Assembly: GCA_029775855.1 (NCBI GenBank)
Contig: JARVJZ010000005.1
Span: 32,001 to 96,000, forward strand
DNA: 64,000 bases
From: Nitrososphaeria archaeon
Lineage (GTDB): Archaea; Thermoproteota; Nitrososphaeria; Nitrososphaerales; JAAOZN01
Direction of reading: 5' to 3'
Program-made: the position numbers and the translations under genes
The notes under the pieces: model-generated
Told to the model about the DNA's origin: nothing
Seen by the model: the letters and a program-made list of their open reading frames with translations, nothing else
The model's database searches: none
Part shown: in pieces, positions 57,377 to 64,000 of the stretch
Layout: each line of letters starts with the position of its first letter
Position numbering within the stretch: the stretch's first letter is position 1

Positions 57377-58374
57377 GGTGTATCTACCGAATCAAGCCTC
57401 CAAGACTGCCTTATCACACTCTTCTCCAAAGGTATAAAGACACCTGTACTGAATGCCAAAAGTCCAGCCCAAGCGATTTGAGCACCACAGTCCCCAGCGA
57501 ATCTACTCGACACAGCACAGAACTTGGCATTATGCCTTAAAGCGACAGCATTAAGCATCTCACAAAGCCTTCTGTTCGCAGCCACACCACCAGCTACCAG
57601 AAGTTCACTCTTTTCAGTAAAAGCCAGCGCCCTCTCTGTTACTTCGCAGAGCATAGCAAAGCCAGTTTCTTGAAGCGAATATGCTAGATCTTCCAAAGAT
57701 TCACCTGATGCCAGCATATTCTTCGCAGCTGTTAAGATGCCTGAAAAGGAGACATCGTTGCCTTTCACAGTATAAGGTAGGCTTATATATCTTTCAGCAG
57801 CTTTTGCGAGCTCTTCAAGTTTTCTGCCGGCTGGTGAAGCGAAGCCTGCTGCTCTGCCGAATTGATCTAGAAGCTGACCAATGGTTATGTCAAGAGTTTC
57901 ACCGAAGATCCTCCACCTTCCATACGAGTGCGCTGATATAAGTGTGTGGCCACCTGAAACTAACAGAACAAGCGGGTCTGAAAAGCCGGCTTCAAGAGCC
58001 GCTATTTCTATATGACCAACCGCGTGATTAACTGGTATAAGAGGTAAATTAAAGTAAGATGCTATCGCTCTAGCTACAGTAGCACCAACTCTCAGACAAG
58101 GGCCTAAGCCTGGTCCTGCAGAGTATGCTATGAACGACAGATCTCTAGCTTTTATTCCCGCGCCTCGTAAAGCTTCATCTATTACATTAGCAGCCTTTTC
58201 TGAATGGTGTCTTGACGCCTCTCTGGGGTGTATGCCTGAGCCTTGCGGTGGTATATAAACTGATTTAGCGTCTGTCAAGATTCTACCCGTTGAGTCAACT
58301 ACCGAAGCTCCAAAGGTGTGTGCTGTAGATTCTATACCTAATCCGTAAACTATCTTCTTCCCGGTTTTATTCAT
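57364..58374 (-). CDS. kae1: t6A synthesis protein Kae1
   Basis: GIESTAHT, GIHPRE, GPGLGPCL, HAVGHIE, SGGHT, GETLD, GGVAAN; start at ATG 58374 (GTG 58380 also possible). Confidence 0.96.
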   Translation of the reverse strand: MNKTGKKIVYGLGIESTAHTFGASVVDSTGRILTDAKSVYIPPQGSGIHPREASRHHSEKAANVIDEALRGAGIKARDLSFIAYSAGPGLGPCLRVGATVARAIASYFNLPLIPVNHAVGHIEIAALEAGFSDPLVLLVSGGHTLISAHSYGRWRIFGETLDITIGQLLDQFGRAAGFASPAGRKLEELAKAAERYISLPYTVKGNDVSFSGILTAAKNMLASGESLEDLAYSLQETGFAMLCEVTERALAFTEKSELLVAGGVAANRRLCEMLNAVALRHNAKFCAVSSRFAGDCGAQIAWAGLLAFSTGVFIPLEKSVIRQSWRLDSVDTPWRS

Positions 58375-58399
58375 CTCCACACCAAGAGGATATATTTGG

Positions 58400-58966
58400 T
58401 TAGGTTGGTTTATGCGCTCTATAAAGATCACCTAGCAGCTCGATGTAAGGCTTTACTTCTATTAGAAAGTCATCAAACTTAGCTTTTTCGTAGTAGAATT
58501 CAACCCCACCACCTTTAACCACACACTTTGCTATAAGCACTATACCTTTGCTTCGCTCCGGCTTCTTTGGATCAAGCTCTGGAAAGTAGATTAGAGCGCC
58601 GTAGCCGACCTTTTGGTCCTTCAGTTTGAAGATTAGATTATAGTACATGCTCATCGTCTTTGTGAATTCTCTCATCTGCTTCTTTCTGCTTTCTGAGCGT
58701 TTAACTTCTTCGAAGTCTCCGCTGGTAAGTGTGTTGACCATTTCTTTAAGAAACTTTAGTTCTGGTATTCTTTTTGTGTACCCCCCGTATTCTATCGGTA
58801 TCTCATATACTGAGTGCATAACCGTATCCCAATCATCTATGTATCTGAATTTTTTCCCCGATTCTAGAAACATTTCTCGTCTAAGTTGCTCTTCTAGCAG
58901 ATCTTCTATCCTTAGGTCTCCGGTCGTCTTCTTTTTTTGACTCAAATCTATATCCCTTCTCCACAT
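58400..58966 (-). CDS. Hypothetical protein at the head of the KEOPS superoperon
   Basis: 188-aa ORF with normal composition; no recognisable motif. Confidence 0.7.
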   Translation of the reverse strand: MWRRDIDLSQKKKTTGDLRIEDLLEEQLRREMFLESGKKFRYIDDWDTVMHSVYEIPIEYGGYTKRIPELKFLKEMVNTLTSGDFEEVKRSESRKKQMREFTKTMSMYYNLIFKLKDQKVGYGALIYFPELDPKKPERSKGIVLIAKCVVKGGGVEFYYEKAKFDDFLIEVKPYIELLGDLYRAHKPT

Positions 58967-59027
58967 ACTTACCAGTAACCGATATGAATAAAGATATAGG
59001 TGGCATGTCTGATAAGCGGTTAGACGC

Positions 59028-59474
59028 TTGACTAAGATTGTATTTATGTCTGCGGAGGTTTCATTTCATCTACATGCTACAGAGGATGAAGAGAGGTGTT
59101 TATCAACATTCGCAGAGACATTAGGTATAGAGCCGCAGCAATTCGCTAAGAGCGTTCTTACTGGGCATTATGGTAATGAAGTTAAAAGGTATGTAGCACA
59201 CTTAACAGGTCAAAAGGCTGACGATTGGGGTAGGCTCCTCATATCCAAATTAGATGAGGAAGATAGAAAACATATTGCGCGTGAAGTAGAAAGGCATGTT
59301 GACGAGCATGGTAAGCTCTATCTACGATTAGATAAACAGAGTTTAGTAGATGGTTCAGTTAGGTTAGGTTCTAGTGATGTTGTAAGGGTGAAGTTAAAGC
59401 CTAGGTTTAGGTGGAATACGCTTAAGATGTATGATGAATTTGCGCGCCTTTTTCTTGAGGCGCGTAAAGGTTAG
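59028..59474 (+). CDS. RNA-binding protein (COG1325/DUF54 family)
   Basis: HATEDE, GHYGN, LYLRLDKQ. Confidence 0.9.
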   Translation: MTKIVFMSAEVSFHLHATEDEERCLSTFAETLGIEPQQFAKSVLTGHYGNEVKRYVAHLTGQKADDWGRLLISKLDEEDRKHIAREVERHVDEHGKLYLRLDKQSLVDGSVRLGSSDVVRVKLKPRFRWNTLKMYDEFARLFLEARKG

Positions 59475-60883
59475 CGTTTACCAAGCAGCCCAGCCAATCT
59501 AGGCATCATTGTTTCCAGCTGCTCCCTCATAAGTAGCTGATAGTAGTTAATTATGATACCTACCATAAGAAGAATACCTATCCCAGAACCAAACACACCC
59601 AAGACCTGTGAAGCTCCAGCGATAAGACCGATGAGGATACCACCTATTATCGTGAGTGTTGGAATATACTTTTCTAAGATGTGTTCAACAGACACACCAG
59701 CCCTCCTAAAACCTGGAACTTGGACATTAGCATCAAGCAGACTCTTAGCCGCAGCTTTGGGAGATAAGCCTCCAATTTCAACCCAAATCTTAGAGAAGAG
59801 CACAGCAAAGCCTATCAAGATCAAAATCGAGGTGACGGTGCGTATAGGCTCAGATAATGCAACATCAAGTGAAGTAGGTATTGACATGTAGTAGAGAAGC
59901 CCTCCTGTAGGTCCGGCGCCGGGGTTGGTTTGGTTGAATGTGACTATGGTGTTTAATATCGGGTTATCGTTATTTGGGTTAAGGTTGCTCCACAAGATTT
60001 GAGAAAAGAAGGTTATGTTAGCCATTAAGGCTGATGTTAAAATTACAGGGATGTTTGAGACATATAGTAGCTTGATTGGATATACCCCTGAGAAGCCTCG
60101 GTATCTAGTAGATGTTATCGGTATCTCGATTCTAACCCCCTCTATGTATATGATGGCAAGTATGACTAAGATTGTGATGAAAAGAGTCGATATGCTAGGC
60201 AGCGCGCCGTGCCTAAACCAAGCTTCGTGAGGCACTCCGGCAAGCGTCGCGTTGATTGCGTGTGGAATAGCGCCAAAATAACCAGCACCAGTAGGCAGTA
60301 TGCTGAACATATCCCATACTATACGCTGAGCTACACCCGCCATGATAAAGAGGGATATCCCGCTTCCAATACCCCAACCCTTCTGAACTAACTCATCTAA
60401 GAGCATAACCACAACGCCCGCAAAGAGAAGTTGAGCTAGAAGAATTATGATAGTTGTTGAAGTGAGATTTCTGCCGAACGCTCCTCCAGCAATATAGGCT
60501 GAGGCTTCAACGATTATCACTATAAAAGTGAGTAGCTTAGTAGCGGATGTGAAGAGCGCCCTATCTTCAGGCTTCTTAAAATCGACTCTAAATATGTCAG
60601 CACCTTTAAGGAGCTGAAGAATAAGACCCGCGGTAACGATAGGGCCAATACCAAGCTCCATAAGAGTCCCTTGCGATGAAGCGAAGATAATTCTCGTAAA
60701 AGCGAGCTGATCTTGACCGCCTACAGCAACACCATAAAGCGGCACTTGAGCCATAACAAGGTAGATTACCAAAGCAATAGCCGTCCAAATAAAACGCTCA
60801 GTAAGGCTAGGCTTCTTAGGGGGCTTCGGAACCTCGGGTAAAATAGTTGACGCAGATGATATGAAGTTCCGAAGCGCGCTCAT
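59471..60883 (-). CDS. secY: Preprotein translocase SecY
   Basis: GTLMELGIGPIVTAG, LDEL..KGWGIGSGISLFI, YPIKLLYVSNIPVIL, VPGFRR, GSGIGILL. Confidence 0.98.
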   Translation of the reverse strand: MSALRNFISSASTILPEVPKPPKKPSLTERFIWTAIALVIYLVMAQVPLYGVAVGGQDQLAFTRIIFASSQGTLMELGIGPIVTAGLILQLLKGADIFRVDFKKPEDRALFTSATKLLTFIVIIVEASAYIAGGAFGRNLTSTTIIILLAQLLFAGVVVMLLDELVQKGWGIGSGISLFIMAGVAQRIVWDMFSILPTGAGYFGAIPHAINATLAGVPHEAWFRHGALPSISTLFITILVILAIIYIEGVRIEIPITSTRYRGFSGVYPIKLLYVSNIPVILTSALMANITFFSQILWSNLNPNNDNPILNTIVTFNQTNPGAGPTGGLLYYMSIPTSLDVALSEPIRTVTSILILIGFAVLFSKIWVEIGGLSPKAAAKSLLDANVQVPGFRRAGVSVEHILEKYIPTLTIIGGILIGLIAGASQVLGVFGSGIGILLMVGIIINYYQLLMREQLETMMPRLAGLLGKR

Positions 60884-60889
60884 GATCGA

Positions 60890-61294
60890 TTAGCCCTCTA
60901 TCAACTGACCCCCAACTGCTTCTATCTTTGATTTAGCTTGTTTAGTGTATGCTCTTACTGTCACCTTTATCGGTGTTTTGATCTCTCCTGAGCCTAGTAG
61001 TTTGTCGTAGCCTAGGTTTGTTAGGTTTATCTCATTTGTTTTTTGCTTCTGTGCTATCTCTTCTAGTTTGCTTAAGTTGATCCATCTGCGTGGTCTTGAT
61101 TCTTTTTTCGGTTTTAATGAGTCTCTGCTGAAGTGCTCTGGGGCATATTTTACCACCCAACTCCATTTGTGTTTATGCAGACCAGCCTTGCCTCTGCCGC
61201 CTTTTCTTCCACTCTTTCTATGCTGCCCTATTTGGCCCCATCCGTGAGTTCTTGAGCCGCGAAGTTTTCTTACTTTGCGTAGTCTAGTCGGCAT
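60890..61294 (-). CDS. rpl15: 50S ribosomal protein L15 (uL15)
   Basis: RGSRTHGWG..GQHR, GGRG.AG..KHK, KLLGSG. Confidence 0.96.
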   Translation of the reverse strand: MPTRLRKVRKLRGSRTHGWGQIGQHRKSGRKGGRGKAGLHKHKWSWVVKYAPEHFSRDSLKPKKESRPRRWINLSKLEEIAQKQKTNEINLTNLGYDKLLGSGEIKTPIKVTVRAYTKQAKSKIEAVGGQLIEG

Positions 61295-61369
61295 ATCATT
61301 TACCCTCTTTTAAGCACAACTAGAGTATTTAGCCCCTAAGATAAACTTGTTTATTGAAGTCATCTTAAG

Positions 61370-61831
61370 TCACAGCATACTCGCTATAAGCTTTGGTAGC
61401 TCGGGATTTTCACCAAGAATGCCATCTTTGTAAAGCCTTCTGCTTGAGGCGGGGAATCCACCTCTTGGTGGATGAAGGGCGAAGAATGGTTTTATCGGCT
61501 TGAGCTTGCTTAAAGATATCTTACACTGAGCCAGAGATGCTGCTAGAGAAGAGAAGTCGTCAAACCCTAGCTCCTTAACTACATCAAGGCTAAGTCGCTT
61601 ATTTCCTGAAACTTTGCCACGCTTCTCCAGAAGTGCTTTTACCAACTCGGCGTCAGCAACACACCAAGCCACATAATCTTTAACCTTCTTGAGCATACCT
61701 ATAACAGAAGGCGAGTCTGCAACTAAAGTTGCTCTGAACCGCTTATCTAGATTAAGTAAGCGTAGGGTCGTCTTAGCCCAATATGGGACATTTACCGTCC
61801 CTCTTAACCTTACAACTACTAGGCAAGCCAT
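61370..61831 (-). CDS. rpl30: 50S ribosomal protein L30 (uL30)
   Basis: VVRLRG, GML.KVKDYV, F.LHPPRGGF. Confidence 0.95.
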   Translation of the reverse strand: MACLVVVRLRGTVNVPYWAKTTLRLLNLDKRFRATLVADSPSVIGMLKKVKDYVAWCVADAELVKALLEKRGKVSGNKRLSLDVVKELGFDDFSSLAASLAQCKISLSKLKPIKPFFALHPPRGGFPASSRRLYKDGILGENPELPKLIASML

Positions 61832-61840
61832 ATTATCCCA

Positions 61841-62461
61841 CTACCTAGATACAATATTCAACTTATGCATGTTCTTAAACGCCATACTTACAGCATTAGT
61901 TATGGAAGACGGTGTGTTAGTCGAGCCAAAGGTTCGTGTCCAAGCATCCACAACACCAGCCAAGCTGAGAAGTTTCCTTACCGTCTCACCAGCCACCAAC
62001 CCTAAGCCCCTTGGTCCGGGTATGATCTCAACAGTAACACTTCCAGCCTTCCCCACTATCTTATAGGGGACGCTGTGTGGTCTCGCGCATCTACATTCCC
62101 AGCTCCCACACCCAAGTTTAACGGGTAAAATATTTAGCAGCGCGGCGTTTGTAGCTTTATCGATGGCGCTTCGCATTTGCATAGCTTTACCTCTCCCCAC
62201 ACCAAACCAGCCAGTAGTGCCAACTGCGACTATAGCAACAAACCTTGTGACTTCTCCTGCGTCTGTCTGCTTCTGAACTATGCCGGCGCTTATCACCTCT
62301 GTTTTGATGTCTGGAAGTAATGTTTTGACGATCTCCGGCTCTCTTATTCGATAACCCATTTCGAAGACGTTGCTGAGTGAGGTTATCTTACCGCTTTGCA
62401 CCATCAGACCTAGCTTGGTTCGAGGGTTCCAGATCTGCTTATCCTTCGATTCTAAACTCAC
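61841..62461 (-). CDS. rps5: 30S ribosomal protein S5 (uS5)
   Basis: W.PRTKLG, QKQTDAGE, GCGSWEC.C..PHS, PRGLGLVAG. Confidence 0.97.
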   Translation of the reverse strand: MSLESKDKQIWNPRTKLGLMVQSGKITSLSNVFEMGYRIREPEIVKTLLPDIKTEVISAGIVQKQTDAGEVTRFVAIVAVGTTGWFGVGRGKAMQMRSAIDKATNAALLNILPVKLGCGSWECRCARPHSVPYKIVGKAGSVTVEIIPGPRGLGLVAGETVRKLLSLAGVVDAWTRTFGSTNTPSSITNAVSMAFKNMHKLNIVSR

Positions 62462-63060
62462 TTTGCTTTCACCTTTAACTCCTTAAACAACTTCGATTTA
62501 ACCAACGCTGTGTGCTTAGCATATTCTTCAGGTTTAAATCGACGAGAAAGTAAAAAGGAGAACCTTCGCTTATACTCCTCTGGTGAGGAAGAGAGCAGCA
62601 TATTAGCGTACTCAGATATATGCTTTCCAGATAAATACTCCTCTTTTGGCAGTAGCTCAGGATCTACTGGAACATCGACGCCAGCATCGATTATCCCCTT
62701 GACTAAAGCTGTGACTCTAGAACCCTTGACAAATCGCCTAGGACCCAAGTAGAGGACTGCTGACTTTACACCTTTTTCTAAGGCTCTTAAGCCTACTAAT
62801 AGTCCAGTAAGGTATGCTGAGGGTATGTTCTTCCTTGAACCCTTCCACCCATATTTTGTTAGTTCTTTTGAGTTAGCAGAAGCTATAACTATGTCTCCTT
62901 TTAGTTCCGGTTTGTGAATCTGGCAGTATATGGTGTAGTTACTTTTGTGGAATGTTATGAATGGTTTCTTACCATATAGTAGAAGCCTTCTCTTCTTATA
63001 GTCGGTCTTTCCCTCTCTTCTCCTTCTGAATATTGGGATGTAGCTCTTCTGGATATTCAA
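62458..63060 (-). CDS. rpl18: 50S ribosomal protein L18 (uL18)
   Basis: FRRRREGKTDY, N.PSAYLTG, DAG. Confidence 0.96.
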   Translation of the reverse strand: MNIQKSYIPIFRRRREGKTDYKKRRLLLYGKKPFITFHKSNYTIYCQIHKPELKGDIVIASANSKELTKYGWKGSRKNIPSAYLTGLLVGLRALEKGVKSAVLYLGPRRFVKGSRVTALVKGIIDAGVDVPVDPELLPKEEYLSGKHISEYANMLLSSSPEEYKRRFSFLLSRRFKPEEYAKHTALVKSKLFKELKVKAK

Positions 63061-63491
63061 GATTTACTTACCTCTTTTACGAGTTCGTTTAGATGGCGTA
63101 GGCTTCTTACTTGCCCACCCTTTATCTGCAGATAAAGCTCGTCGAAGACTTTACCAGTTATTACCCCCCTATCTCTGAGCAGCTTTAACCTTCTCCTTAA
63201 TGCCCTTACGCGGGTTACCCAATGTTCCTTCTTTCCCATTCTTGCGCCTTTAGCGCCTTTTTTGCTTCCTGCACCACGCTTACTTTTCCTATCTTTAGTT
63301 AATCTATGCCTACCTCTTGATACACCTTTAGCCGGCTCAGCCCATATAACGCCTCTTTTTATTAAGTTCCTTATGGATGCACGAGTTATAGCGTCAGCTA
63401 TCGCATCAGCCTCATTTGGGTCTAGCCTAACTCTGCTAACTCCGACCTTCAATATATCTGCAGCCAGCCTCTTCTTTGCACTAAGATCCAT
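63057..63491 (-). CDS. rpl19e: 50S ribosomal protein L19e
   Basis: KRLAA.IL.VG..RV, KGVSRGR, G.GS.KG.KGAR, RALR. Confidence 0.97.
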   Translation of the reverse strand: MDLSAKKRLAADILKVGVSRVRLDPNEADAIADAITRASIRNLIKRGVIWAEPAKGVSRGRHRLTKDRKSKRGAGSKKGAKGARMGKKEHWVTRVRALRRRLKLLRDRGVITGKVFDELYLQIKGGQVRSLRHLNELVKEVSKS

Positions 63492-63494
63492 AGT

Positions 63495-63899
63495 CTACTT
63501 CACCCGCTTAGGAACAGTCGGATTAAGAACCTTTATGCCCATTTCCTTTGCTTTAGCCATAATTTCCAGCCTCTTCTTAGCGCCCACAGTAGACGCTATT
63601 CTAGCCGCATCAGTCTCAGGATTGAGGCTTTCAAGATCCGAGGGGTTATAGATGAGTATATCCCTGTAGCCGCTTGGATGTAAACCTCTGACAGCAGCGG
63701 GGCCTCTGTATCCTATCTTTACAATCTTTGGCCATCCCTTGACTTGCAGCCGCATTTTGCTGTCTATACCTTTTGGTTTACGCCAAGATGGCTTTAACCT
63801 ATTATATCTCCAGCTCTCTTGCCTAACAAATTTAGGTCTCTTTGATGATAACTGTTTTCTAAGCGTTAACATCTGTTTAATGTCTGACCTACTGCTCAA
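63495..63899 (-). CDS. rpl32e: 50S ribosomal protein L32e
   Basis: [22 protein letters not shown]...RGLHPSG. Confidence 0.97.
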   Translation of the reverse strand: MSSRSDIKQMLTLRKQLSSKRPKFVRQESWRYNRLKPSWRKPKGIDSKMRLQVKGWPKIVKIGYRGPAAVRGLHPSGYRDILIYNPSDLESLNPETDAARIASTVGAKKRLEIMAKAKEMGIKVLNPTVPKRVK

Positions 63900-64000
63900 G
63901 GGTTAACCACCTTTTCGTAGATATATATGCCGTCCAAAAAGACTCTTTGATCCTTTCTTTTAATCCTCGTAGCTTGCTCTATGTTGGCAGCTGTCGCACC
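63896..64000 (-). CDS. rpl6: 50S ribosomal protein L6 (uL6), C-terminal part (runs off window)
   Basis: Manual translation [34 protein letters not shown]. Confidence 0.93.
   Translation of the reverse strand, partial: GATAANIEQATRIKRKDQRVFLDGIYIYEKVVNP

Noticed and set aside
1-64000. CRISPR arrays, rRNA genes, intact transposases or integrases
   Set aside because: No regularly spaced repeats, rRNA-like tracts or recombinase motifs were seen by eye

Overview
Archaeal chromosome segment. It most resembles a thermophilic, basal (non-ammonia-oxidising-like) Nitrososphaeria/TACK archaeon. This taxonomy is inferred from archaeal r-proteins (L15e, S3Ae, L19e, L32e), KEOPS, bacterial-type LeuCD, a 4-subunit 2-oxoacid:ferredoxin oxidoreductase and a non-canonical tRNA intron. 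The left half (1-29.5 kb) is an accessory region downstream of the 3' end of tRNA-Thr(UGU). It holds gene debris at 1-1.6 kb, a complete dTDP-L-rhamnose (rml) operon, and a ~21 kb minus-strand surface-glycosylation locus that is partly very AT-rich. That locus encodes two GT-C-like polytopic proteins (one a 1500-aa LamG fusion), an SDR + DegT aminotransferase + polyprenol-phosphate GT2 set resembling the bacterial Arn pathway, three SAM methyltransferases, and a coupled GT4::P-loop-kinase fusion plus membrane-anchored nucleotidyltransferase, which is the best candidate for an undescribed system. A decayed defence patch follows (MNT antitoxin pseudogene, intact N6-adenine MTase, shattered PD-(D/E)xK endonuclease). 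The right half (29.6-64 kb) is core genome: Liv-type ABC transporter, leuCD, tRNA-Met(CAU) with a 20-nt BHB intron at position 30/31, porDABC-type operon plus aminotransferase, GGR, pth2, truD, serA, ychF, a kae1-bud32-rdgB-rps15-GAN-pcc1-serS-rps3ae superoperon, and the end of the spc r-protein operon through secY. All calls come from reading motifs by eye; no database searches were run.
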